Source of the DNA: an uncultured Ruminococcus sp.
GTDB taxonomy: Bacteria > Bacillota > Clostridia > Oscillospirales > CAG-272
Direction of reading: 5' to 3'
Assembly (NCBI GenBank): GCA_964590755.1
Contig: CAZPYK010000001.1
Coordinates: forward strand, 16,897 to 80,896
DNA length: 64,000 nt
The position numbers were made by a program, and so were the translations under genes. The notes beneath the pieces were generated by a model. It was not told where the DNA came from, searched no databases, and saw only the letters and a list, made by a program, of their open reading frames with translations. Shown here in pieces: positions 55,899 through 64,000 of this stretch (its first letter is position 1; the number at the start of each line of letters is the position of its first letter).

Positions 55899-56852
55899 TC
55901 ATTTAACAAAATCCATAAGATCGTTTTCGGTGATATAGCAAAGCTCGGATATTCTCTCTGCTCTGCTTATACGATCGAGTCCGGCCAGAGAATGTGTGTC
56001 GGTTCCGAAGGTAAACTTGCACCCTGCGGCTTTCGCCAACCTCATGACGCGTATCATAGGCTCATCTTCAAAATCGTTTCGCCACATCTTGAAGGCACCG
56101 GTATTGACTTCTATACCGACTCCGAGTGCCCGAGCGGTACAAAAGCACTCAAGATATTGCTCGTCGGTAACTGCTTCGATTATTGTTTTTTGAAGTTCCT
56201 TTGATAAACCGCAAGGAGAAAATGTGTGTGCTATAGATACCGGAACATTTTTCACCATTTTAACGAATTCCGAATTATTCACAAGCCTCAAAAAGCTTTG
56301 ATACATGAAATCGGCGTTATACCTAACCATATCGACGTGACGTTCGCCGAGCATGGCTTCGATATCATTGCTTGAAACGGAATTGACAAGGCTTGCGGCT
56401 TGGCTCGCGGACAACTCGGGGACGCTTTCCGCAATTTTGCTTGCAAGCTTTTGGCGCATCTCCTTAACGTCATCCATTTCGGGAATCACAAAATTCTTCA
56501 TATGAATATGAGTGTGCGGAACAAGTATATAATCAAACTTTTTGGCGGTATCCGCGAGCATACCCAAGGTATCACTCATTCCGCAATATTCGGTTTCGGT
56601 TCCGATCAACAAACGCATTCCGGGTATGCTCGGCATAGCCGCACGTGCACACTCGAGACCGTAGTTTATCATCTGCTGATGATACCATTTGCTTGCCCCG
56701 GGTACCTTTTCGTCCCAAAGGTGATTTGAAACGCCGAACACCGTATGCCCGAGTTCGCGCGCACGATATGCATAAGCCGATATCGTAGCCTCCGGATCGT
56801 AGCAGCAGGATGAAAGCAGTGTGTGTGTGTGAATATCGTGTCTGATCTTCAT
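55899..56852 (-). CDS. PHP-domain (histidinol-phosphatase-like) metal-dependent phosphoesterase
   Basis: N-terminal IHTHTLLSSCC plus later His/Asp-containing motifs. The start is uncertain, with in-frame ATGs at 56852, 56873 and 56954. Confidence 0.65.
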   Translation of the reverse strand: MKIRHDIHTHTLLSSCCYDPEATISAYAYRARELGHTVFGVSNHLWDEKVPGASKWYHQQMINYGLECARAAMPSIPGMRLLIGTETEYCGMSDTLGMLADTAKKFDYILVPHTHIHMKNFVIPEMDDVKEMRQKLASKIAESVPELSASQAASLVNSVSSNDIEAMLGERHVDMVRYNADFMYQSFLRLVNNSEFVKMVKNVPVSIAHTFSPCGLSKELQKTIIEAVTDEQYLECFCTARALGVGIEVNTGAFKMWRNDFEDEPMIRVMRLAKAAGCKFTFGTDTHSLAGLDRISRAERISELCYITENDLMDFVK

Positions 56853-57031
56853 AATTGTCGATCTCACTCTCATATCGAGAGCGCCCTTTCGCATTATATT
56901 TGCGGGAACATACCGCGATGTATCCATTATATCAAAATGAGCAATCTTTTTCAATACTTTTATAATTTATTACTTGATATTTTTTCGATAATATGGTATC
57001 ATATATAAAAACATCAGAAAGGTATTTATCC

Positions 57032-57691
57032 ATGAACAAATACGAGATACTGAAATATGCCGATCACACTCTGCTCTCCCCGACAGCTACCGAAGAGCAG
57101 ATCAAAGCCATTTGCGATGATGGTATGAAATATCATACCGCGTCGGTCTGTATTCCTGCTTCATATGTGAAAACGGCATATGATTATACCGAGGGCAAGC
57201 TGAACATATGCACAGTTATAGGCTTTCCTCTCGGCTATGACACGACCGCCGCAAAATGCTTTGAGGCCGCAGATGCAATAAGCAACGGCGCAAATGAAAT
57301 AGACATGGTCATAAATCTCGGCTGGCTCAAGGACGGAATGTATGACAAGATCGAGGCAGAGATAGCAGCGGTCAAGAAGGCCTGCGGCGAACACATTCTC
57401 AAGGTCATAATCGAAACATGTCTTTTGACCGACGATGAAAAGATCCGCATGTGCCAAACAGTCGCCGACGCCGGCGCCGATTATATCAAAACCTCCACCG
57501 GTTTTTCGAACGGCGGCGCTACACGTGAGGATGTGGCCCTGTTCGCACAGCATGTTCCAAACGGCTTAAAGATCAAGGCAGCCGGCGGTATTCGATCATT
57601 CAATGACGCCGAGGACTTCATCGCTCTCGGAGCAACGCGCCTCGGGACAAGCGCCTTGGTAAAGCTTATTAAGCAAGAAGAACAAGCTTGA
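57032..57691 (+). CDS. deoC: Deoxyribose-phosphate aldolase
   Basis: DHTLL N-terminal motif, EIDMVIN, and Schiff-base lysine context [10 protein letters not shown]. Confidence 0.88.
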   Translation: MNKYEILKYADHTLLSPTATEEQIKAICDDGMKYHTASVCIPASYVKTAYDYTEGKLNICTVIGFPLGYDTTAAKCFEAADAISNGANEIDMVINLGWLKDGMYDKIEAEIAAVKKACGEHILKVIIETCLLTDDEKIRMCQTVADAGADYIKTSTGFSNGGATREDVALFAQHVPNGLKIKAAGGIRSFNDAEDFIALGATRLGTSALVKLIKQEEQA

Positions 57692-57713
57692 AAAACAAAA
57701 TACCTTCATCCAT

Positions 57714-57759
57714 CACCGCCGAGAGCGACCGCGCTTTACTCTCGGCGGTGTGTTTTGTG
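57714..57759 (+). terminator. Rho-independent terminator of deoC
   Basis: 12-bp stem CACCGCCGAGAG/CTCTCGGCGGTG followed by TGTTTTGTG. Confidence 0.7.
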
Positions 57760-57773
57760 CGGTTTTAATATTC

Positions 57774-57806
57774 GCTTATTCGCAACCGAATAAGCTTTAT
57801 CTTTTT
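57774..57806 (+). terminator. Second hairpin terminator
   Basis: 9-bp stem GCTTATTCG/CGAATAAGC followed by TTTATCTTTTT. Confidence 0.5.
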
Positions 57807-57811
57807 GAGCT

Positions 57812-57839
57812 TTGCAAGCGATTTGCGGATTATTATAAT
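57812..57839 (+). promoter_or_regulatory. Candidate promoter of the nuclease-domain gene
   Basis: TTGCAA, 16 nt, TATAAT. Confidence 0.5.
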
Positions 57840-57910
57840 TATTGTCCCATCTCTAAAAAATGCTCGGATTGCAGAGTTTAAGAACCGGTTAGACGAGCAT
57901 CCCGAAATCG

Positions 57911-59485
57911 ATGTCGTTTATCTTGTACTTTAACAAGGATACCGTTAAGAAAGTAGTCGAAGAACTGCAAAGCAACGAAGGCGGAGATATTCCTACGGAA
58001 ATCAACGGCGAATCGCTTGCAGAACCGACCTATGTTACTTGGACGGTTCATACACCGAGAAATACACGTCAGCCCGCTATGGTTCCCGGACAAACGAGCA
58101 TATTTGATACACCTGTTTCGGGCGATACGAGTTCTGTGAGCCATGTCACCGCTGCACCGACAAGCGATAATTCTTCTCTTCCCTCCCATACTCGTTCTGC
58201 TCTTACGGTAGAAAGCACTATGCCGGAATACGATCCTCCAATGACCGTTACCGTCCCCGCACCGAGCACGCCGAACACTCCGTTGTTTACACCGCCGGCA
58301 CCCGGCAGACAGCTTACGATTAAAACGGATATTGATCGCGTTGAGATTATCGATTTCATCAATGCACAGGGTTATTTGACGTATTTTATCCGTCATGACC
58401 GCATAAACGATTACCTCAAATCGCTTCTTGACCTCGCAGATCTTCTTACACATAACCTTATTTACCAAAATGCACGCGATGAAGTCATCGACGACGTTCT
58501 CGGTTTGATTCGTACATACGTTGATGAGCTTCACCGCACAGGTAAATATGAGGAATTCGCAAAACAGGTATTGGAATTCAAATTATCGATTCAAGTGTTT
58601 GACCCATTCGGCCGGGCATTGGGGGATAATTACCTTGACGATTTTACAATGATGTCTGAAAGCGACATTGACAGGCGTGTAAGAGACGCCGATACTAAGC
58701 TTGGACGGTATGGTTTCCCGAGCAAATACGGATATTTGTATTATGACGAGGACGATCCCAATGCTTATAAAATTGATTGCGTTCTTTTTGCCAACAATGA
58801 TGATTGCAGAGCAAAGCTCGGAGATTATGCGAAGAAAAAGCTGAATGATTTCAGCAAAAAGTATCGTATTGCTATCGTCAGCAAATCAGATGCCTGCAAG
58901 AAGAAGTATCACGATATTATGGCAGATAGTGATGTAATCAGCGAGCAGATCTTCGCGATTCCCGAAAATATCAGCGTTCGTGAAGATGCAGACGGAACCG
59001 AATACGACAATCATTTGTTAGCCTCCCCAAAAAACGGAATTGCCAAAATTAAGCTCAACGGTTGGGAAAGCTCGCTGATAGAGGAAGAAGCTCGCAGAAA
59101 CGATTTTGTTTGCTGGTTGCGAAATCCTTCGAGAGGCACGTGGGCTCTTTGCTTGCCTTACGAAATCGGCGGAGAAAAGAAAGCATTCTATCCCGATTTC
59201 TTGGTAGTGCGGAGCGATCCTTATGCCGAATATGTTGTAGACATTCTTGAACCTCACGGAAATCAGTATGCGGACAACCTTCCCAAAGCAAAAGCCCTCG
59301 CGGATTATGCTAAGAACGAAAACCGCATTGGTAGAATTCAGCTGATTCACAAGAATCCAAACGCGGGCGGAAGCAACTTTGTACGCTTGGATCTGACTGA
59401 TATCGTTGTTCGTGACAAGGTGCTTCACGCTATGACTCCGGACGAGTTGGATCACATCTTTGATACGGACGGTATCACGGAGTAA
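57911..59485 (+). CDS. Hypothetical protein with a C-terminal PD-(D/E)xK-like nuclease domain (type III restriction Res C-terminal-like), no helicase module
   Basis: The C-terminus NGWESSLIEEEARRNDFVCWLRNPSRGTWALCLPYEIGGEKKAFYPDFLVVR...VVDILEPHG fits the E..W.RN...I.Y....YxPDF...E.KG nuclease pattern, with His in the Lys position. There is a P/S/T-rich stretch of about 90 aa near the N-terminus. No SD precedes ATG 57911. Confidence 0.6.
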   Translation: MSFILYFNKDTVKKVVEELQSNEGGDIPTEINGESLAEPTYVTWTVHTPRNTRQPAMVPGQTSIFDTPVSGDTSSVSHVTAAPTSDNSSLPSHTRSALTVESTMPEYDPPMTVTVPAPSTPNTPLFTPPAPGRQLTIKTDIDRVEIIDFINAQGYLTYFIRHDRINDYLKSLLDLADLLTHNLIYQNARDEVIDDVLGLIRTYVDELHRTGKYEEFAKQVLEFKLSIQVFDPFGRALGDNYLDDFTMMSESDIDRRVRDADTKLGRYGFPSKYGYLYYDEDDPNAYKIDCVLFANNDDCRAKLGDYAKKKLNDFSKKYRIAIVSKSDACKKKYHDIMADSDVISEQIFAIPENISVREDADGTEYDNHLLASPKNGIAKIKLNGWESSLIEEEARRNDFVCWLRNPSRGTWALCLPYEIGGEKKAFYPDFLVVRSDPYAEYVVDILEPHGNQYADNLPKAKALADYAKNENRIGRIQLIHKNPNAGGSNFVRLDLTDIVVRDKVLHAMTPDELDHIFDTDGITE

Positions 59486-59555
59486 AAATTAATTACGGGA
59501 GAACACAGGGCAATTATGTTTTTTGTTCTCCCGCCTAAAAGAAAAGGAGGCATAT

Positions 59556-59672
59556 ATGAGCAACCCCAAACCAATAAAGCTTACTGATAAGCCCTATTTC
59601 GCATGGAAATATGAAGAACAGACAAAAATCAAACCTAAAGTGCTTGGGGCAAACTTAATATTGTATGCATGA
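59556..59672 (+). CDS. Small ORF (38 aa), hypothetical or a gene remnant
   Basis: Strong SD AAAGGAGG 7 nt before the ATG. Its stop overlaps the next ATG (ATGA). Confidence 0.35.
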   Translation: MSNPKPIKLTDKPYFAWKYEEQTKIKPKVLGANLILYA

Positions 59673-59890
59673 CAACGTTATTACAAGGTGTTAATTTGCA
59701 GACACAGAATATCATAATAAAGATTTTAACAAAGAAGCTTGCATTGCATGATTTCAAAGCCAACGCGTCTAAGATCCCCATCCACTACCGCTTTGTCGGT
59801 TGCTTGGAGATCCCCGATTGGTACCGCAAGCGCAAGGTCACGCTCGAAAGCCGTCAAGGCGTCGCGGTGAAATACCTGCCCACGGCATAA
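59669..59890 (+). CDS. Small ORF (73 aa), hypothetical or a gene remnant
   Basis: Coupled to the previous ORF by an ATGA overlap. I recognise no family. Confidence 0.3.
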   Translation: MTTLLQGVNLQTQNIIIKILTKKLALHDFKANASKIPIHYRFVGCLEIPDWYRKRKVTLESRQGVAVKYLPTA

Positions 59891-59940
59891 AAAAAGAGCG
59901 GCAAACCGCTCAAAACAACAAAGCAAATTCAAACCCAAAT

Positions 59941-59988
59941 AGGCAAAAAATATCGAGTGTTCATCACTTTCGTTATGAACACTCGATA
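59941..59988 (-). terminator. Rho-independent terminator of tRNA-Pro
   Basis: Perfect 14-bp stem TATCGAGTGTTCAT/ATGAACACTCGATA, followed on the minus strand by TTTTTTGCC. Confidence 0.8.
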
Positions 59989-60064
59989 TGGTCGGAGTGA
60001 CAGGGCTCGAACCTGCGGCCTAATGGTCCCAAACCACCCGCGCTACCAACTGCGCCACACCCCG
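59989..60064 (-). tRNA. tRNA-Pro (anticodon UGG), CCA encoded
   Basis: Sense strand: CGGGGTGTGGCGCAGTTGGTAGCGCGGGTGGTTTGGGACCATTAGGCCGCAGGTTCGAGCCCTGTCACTCCGACCA. It folds by hand into a cloverleaf: 7-bp acceptor, GCGC D-stem, anticodon loop TTTGGGA, and T-loop TTCGAGC. Confidence 0.9.
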
Positions 60065-60130
60065 ATCTATACCGGCGTAGGCAAAAGCAAATTTTGAGCT
60101 ACGTCGGTAATTTTTTATTATTAATTATGT

Positions 60131-60766
60131 TTATTTCAGTGTAAGGCTTTCGCAATTTAAAAAATCATATGCTCCGATAAGAGAATCAGTGGGAACGACA
60201 TGCTCGGCGCCGCAATTACGACAGAAGACTCTAACACCGCCATCCATTACCTCGGCATCATAATCCCCTTCTCCGTTCTCGCAACGGCAAGCTATCTTTC
60301 CCTCGGCTTCAAGATCATGTATAACAAACATTACGATCTCAAACACCTGCGGGTCAGGAAGCAACTCATCTTCGGCGTCAAATGCCGAAAAATCGTTTAT
60401 TCCGTTTTTTTCAAGCATATCAAGCAATTCAAGCTCGTTGCGCGCAAGCTCCGCCTTGACATGATTCATTTCTCCCATAAAACAGATGGAAATATCGGAA
60501 TACGGACACTGCAAAGTGAACAGATCTCTGCCGTAAAAAATCTGCTTATTAACGGTAAAAGTATGGGCCTTTCTGCAAAATATGCACGGAACGGTGATCT
60601 TGACCTTATCCAAGTGCAAAACAACATCCATTTCGCTTTTTTGGCAATCACATTTAAGTTTCAACTTATTTGCCGAAAGAGAAAACAATCCGGCAGCGCT
60701 CAGTACACCGTTTCCGCATTCCGGACACCGATAAGCAACAGTCGTGGATCTGGGTTCAAGAATCAT
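60131..60766 (-). CDS. Hypothetical Cys-rich (zinc-ribbon-like) protein
   Basis: CPECGNG..., CDC, CIFCRK, CRC and CRNCGAEH pairs. SD GGAG lies 7 nt before ATG 60766. Confidence 0.55.
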   Translation of the reverse strand: MILEPRSTTVAYRCPECGNGVLSAAGLFSLSANKLKLKCDCQKSEMDVVLHLDKVKITVPCIFCRKAHTFTVNKQIFYGRDLFTLQCPYSDISICFMGEMNHVKAELARNELELLDMLEKNGINDFSAFDAEDELLPDPQVFEIVMFVIHDLEAEGKIACRCENGEGDYDAEVMDGGVRVFCRNCGAEHVVPTDSLIGAYDFLNCESLTLK

Positions 60767-60916
60767 TGGAAGCTCCGTTCTGCCGTTATGCTTCGGCACG
60801 ATTTTCACACCGTATCATCTTTTTACATTATATGTCGTACATCCGAAAAGCGCGCATGCTTTTTTGCATTCTCGGGTGCTGATACCGCACCCGAGAATGC
60901 GCTGCTTTTTCAAGCT

Positions 60917-62689
60917 TTAGCCAATGCTGTTTATAACTCCGTTGTTATAGGAGATATCGGCAACCTCTTTCTGCGTATTGTACCATTCGGTATATTTATC
61001 CGAGTACACACCGTCGCGCGCCGTAGCCTCCCATGCAGTCTCGCCGTCACCGACAAAGTACATGATATGTGCGCCGTATGAGGTCTCTATTATATCGACC
61101 TCACCGACCGTTCTGGACTCATCGTAGATCCAATCCTCGAAATTCTGCTCCATGTAATTCTTGGCAACATTGGTGTAGAATACGCTGCTGTCTTCCGTCC
61201 ACTCGTTCGCAAGCGTTTCAAAAGCTTCTTTGGTCTTCTCGCCTTCGTTATACTGAGCGAGTATCTCCTCCGCCTTCGCCTTAGCATCCTCAATGGTGCC
61301 ATAGGTATCGGTTGCGAAAAGAATGTGTCCGACATCTTTGGTCACGGTATCGTCACGATGCGCGGTGTTTACCACGAAATAGGCGGTATATGTGGATTTT
61401 TTCTCACCCTCCGATGCGATCGAGGTGCTGTCACCCGCTTTGCGCTCGTCGGCAAAGAGCCACTTTTCGGAATCGGTGGCATCTTCAGCCGTAGGATCCG
61501 CATAGCTTGCGGCTGTAGTATCCTGAAGATCGTCATATGCGCTCTGTACGGCTGTAAGCAGCGAGCTTCCTATCTTGTCCATCGCGGTGCTGTAATCGTC
61601 ATCGGTGCCGAACGATTTGATCTCATCGGCTTCACCCTTCACCTTGGCTGCTACCGACTCGATGAGAGCGGTCTTGTTGGTCTCACGATCCAATCCGGAA
61701 ACGGTTTCGGCAACTTCATCCTTCATGTTCGATTCGTAAAGACTCTCATACTGCTCGGTTGCATATGTGGTAGTGATATATTCGACGGCTTTTGCAACAA
61801 AGTCTTCTCTGCTCGTGCAGGCGGCAAGCTCCTCGGCAAGCTTCTTGGCGTTTTCCTTTGCAGTCTCATATGCCGCATTTTCCTCGTCGGTGGCCTCGGG
61901 ACCCTCGATCTCAAGCTCTGCCACAAAATCATAAGAAAGGATATCCGCGGACAACAACTTATCGGGATTCTGTGCAAGATACTCTGCCAACTCATCGGAG
62001 GTGATGGAGTTCGTCACGCGCTCTTTGTAAATATTCAAATACTTCTGCGCCAACGCCTGCAGTTCCAAAACGCTGCGTACATTGCTTTCGCTTACACCGG
62101 TTCCGTACTGCTGAGTAAGTACATAACTGGTAGTGTAGCCCTGAAGAGCATACTGTATGGCGTACTCCTCGGCGGCCTCGCGATTCGCCTTGATCGTATC
62201 GGCTATCTGCTGTTTTTCATCATCATCAAGCGAAACTCCCTCTGCTTTTGCCGCCTCGCAAAGGACCAAAATATTCTCCGCGGAGCTCTTGCCGAGATCC
62301 GCAAAATATTCGAACCAACTCATAGTGGTGTCAAAGTAACATGTCTGTGATTTGAGACCCTCGAGAGTTGTATCGCTGATTCCGTAAGTGGAAAGCAAAT
62401 TATACGCCGAAAGTGTATTAACATAGCTGTTTTTGGTATCGTTTATAATATAGGTCATTTCGCTGCCGTTGAGTTTGAAATTATTTGATCTCACGGCGGT
62501 CGAAACTCTCGGAACCCATGTTGTGAATGCCCACAGTGCCACGCAAACGACAAGCAGAGCAGCGCAAGCGATGATTCCCAAACGGGTCATAAGCTTTGAC
62601 TTGTCCGCCTCGCTTCTTTTGTTGAACTTTGCAGGATCGGCAATGATCTCTCCTGCTCTTGAATTTCTCGATCTGGTACCCTTGCCCAT
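60917..62689 (-). CDS. Membrane-anchored parvulin-type peptidyl-prolyl isomerase (PrsA/SurA-like)
   Basis: N-terminal TM segment, a long helical chaperone-like region, and a C-terminal PpiC-like segment DVGHILFA...ETSYGAHIMYFVG. Confidence 0.7.
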   Translation of the reverse strand: MGKGTRSRNSRAGEIIADPAKFNKRSEADKSKLMTRLGIIACAALLVVCVALWAFTTWVPRVSTAVRSNNFKLNGSEMTYIINDTKNSYVNTLSAYNLLSTYGISDTTLEGLKSQTCYFDTTMSWFEYFADLGKSSAENILVLCEAAKAEGVSLDDDEKQQIADTIKANREAAEEYAIQYALQGYTTSYVLTQQYGTGVSESNVRSVLELQALAQKYLNIYKERVTNSITSDELAEYLAQNPDKLLSADILSYDFVAELEIEGPEATDEENAAYETAKENAKKLAEELAACTSREDFVAKAVEYITTTYATEQYESLYESNMKDEVAETVSGLDRETNKTALIESVAAKVKGEADEIKSFGTDDDYSTAMDKIGSSLLTAVQSAYDDLQDTTAASYADPTAEDATDSEKWLFADERKAGDSTSIASEGEKKSTYTAYFVVNTAHRDDTVTKDVGHILFATDTYGTIEDAKAKAEEILAQYNEGEKTKEAFETLANEWTEDSSVFYTNVAKNYMEQNFEDWIYDESRTVGEVDIIETSYGAHIMYFVGDGETAWEATARDGVYSDKYTEWYNTQKEVADISYNNGVINSIG

Positions 62690-62949
62690 TATGTACCCTT
62701 CCCTTTCCGACGTGAATGAGCTTTCCGGTCAACCGACCGCAGCGCGGAAGATCCGCAACCGACGTCATTTTAATTATTCTTGATTTTTTATCGTTATGAT
62801 CCGACGCATTTCGATCAAAAAGACAAAAATGCGCCGGGTCACAGTGAAACACAGTATATTATAACTACATATACTGTTCGTAATGTGAACATATTTTGAA
62901 CTTATCATAAATTCTGTTCACACGCTTGAACAAAATACCGTTTAAGACA

Positions 62950-63999
62950 TCAAAGATCTATTATCACCGGAATAACCATCGGATTTCTGCCGGTGCGAGC
63001 CGACAGGCATTTTGCCACCTCACGTCGCACACGCTCCTTCATCGTTTCAATATCAGCCTTTCGCTGAGACAGACCCGAGCGTATCTCGGCGGAAGCCGCA
63101 TCGCGAGCATCGGCAAGCAATTCCTCGGATTCCGGAACATAAACAAAACCTCGTGAAACTATCTCGGGAGATGTCAGCATCAACCTTGCTTCAAGATCGA
63201 CCGATGCAAATACTATGACCATGCCATCCTGAGACAGATGTTGTCTGTCGCGCAGCACAGCGCGTCCGACATCTCCGACACCGTAACCGTCTATGAGCAC
63301 CTTGCCGGACGGCACGGTACCGGCAAACGCCGCACCTGTTCGTCCGATCTCCAAAACGCGTCCTATGTCCGAGGTAAATATATGATCGGCGGGAATACCG
63401 GTAAATATCGCAAGCTCGCGATTTGCCGCAAGATGCCTGTATTCGCCGTGTATCGGCATGTAATACTTCGGCTTAAGGAGCATTTGTAAAAGTTTTATCT
63501 CCTCACCGCAGGCATGCCCCGAGGCATGCAGACCGAATATAGACGAATCTGTCACGACCTTAATGCCGGCACGAGACAATTCGTTTATGATCCTGCCGAT
63601 AAACTTCTCATTTCCCGGAATGGCACTCGATGACAGCACCACCAGATCGGAAGTCGTGAGTGTCACCTGTGCGTGACCGCCGTACGCCATGCGATAGAGC
63701 GCGGACATCGGCTCTCCTTGGCTTCCGGTAGTGATCAATGTCAGATCTCCCGGTCGAAAACGTTTGATATCACCTATGTCCACAAGCGTTCCCTCGGGGA
63801 AATGCATATATCCCAGCTCGCAAGCGGCGCTGACAACGTTGAGCATACTTCTGCCCGTAAGAGCAACACGTCTTCCGTGCCTTATCGAAATATCGATTAT
63901 CTGTTGAACGCGGTGAACGTTCGACGAGAAAGTGGCAATGACTATGCGCTTATCCGGATTGGCGGTAAAAAGATTCTCAAGCGTACCGCCGACACTCTT
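62950..63999 (-). CDS. rnj: Ribonuclease J (C-terminal about 350 aa; 5' end lies outside the window)
   Basis: The frame is open to the window edge. ...IVIATFSSNVHRVQQIIDISIRHGRRVALTGRSM...TGSQGEPMSAL...HASGHA... matches the beta-CASP and C-terminal domains of RNase J. Confidence 0.88.
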   Translation of the reverse strand, partial: KSVGGTLENLFTANPDKRIVIATFSSNVHRVQQIIDISIRHGRRVALTGRSMLNVVSAACELGYMHFPEGTLVDIGDIKRFRPGDLTLITTGSQGEPMSALYRMAYGGHAQVTLTTSDLVVLSSSAIPGNEKFIGRIINELSRAGIKVVTDSSIFGLHASGHACGEEIKLLQMLLKPKYYMPIHGEYRHLAANRELAIFTGIPADHIFTSDIGRVLEIGRTGAAFAGTVPSGKVLIDGYGVGDVGRAVLRDRQHLSQDGMVIVFASVDLEARLMLTSPEIVSRGFVYVPESEELLADARDAASAEIRSGLSQRKADIETMKERVRREVAKCLSARTGRNPMVIPVIIDL

Positions 64000-64000
64000 T

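Noticed and set aside
57878-58534. 218-aa minus-strand ORF opposite the nuclease-domain gene
   Set aside because: It is an Arg/Cys-rich shadow of the P/S/T-rich region. The plus-strand frame continues uninterrupted into a recognisable nuclease domain.
57700-60064. Integrated element at tRNA-Pro with a duplicated att site
   Set aside because: I found no repeat of the tRNA 3' end in 57700-59988 and no integrase or recombinase gene. An island origin remains only a weak possibility.
60200-62350. Plus-strand ORFs of 293 aa (60200-61081) and 341 aa (61325-62350)
   Set aside because: They are antisense to the Cys-rich protein and the PPIase genes, have low-complexity composition, and lack translation signals.

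Overview
This window looks like core chromosome from a Gram-positive, apparently spore-forming Firmicute. The Clostridia-like call is an inference from gene content: a clostridial 2x[4Fe-4S] ferredoxin, yaaT/ricT, whiA, a SpoIID-domain gene, an M50 protease, GGAGG-type SDs, and many near-consensus TTGACA-17-TATAAT promoters. I can support about 57 protein genes and one tRNA-Pro(UGG). They include a liv-type branched-chain amino-acid ABC operon, potABCD, asnA, murE, murB, pcrA, secA, mnmA, a class A PBP, dnaE, whiA, coaE, prfA, tsaC/sua5, a GyrA/ParC-like subunit, deoC and a partial rnj. There is also a DUF1836-NfeD-X-flotillin-transglutaminase operon. I see no transposase, integrase, CRISPR array, rRNA or obvious prophage. 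The main signal that ordinary annotation does not explain is a dispersed 5'-leader module. It is a short all-G/C hairpin directly abutting a conserved GGAATGGAG Shine-Dalgarno, followed by 6 nt and ATG. It occurs in front of at least eight unrelated genes between 12.9 and 38.6 kb. Several copies share about 60-100 nt of extended leader homology; two carry an embedded terminator-like hairpin and one a 4-codon mini-ORF. Conservation is at the nucleotide level, not the peptide level. Secondary observations are an orphan PD-(D/E)xK-like nuclease-domain protein with small ORFs next to tRNA-Pro, a terminator-containing leader before an NCS2 nucleobase permease, 10-bp phased T-tracts upstream of the potA promoter, and paired TGTTC/GAACA palindromes between rnj and a parvulin-type PPIase gene. 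All family assignments come from motif recognition by eye; no database search was run.
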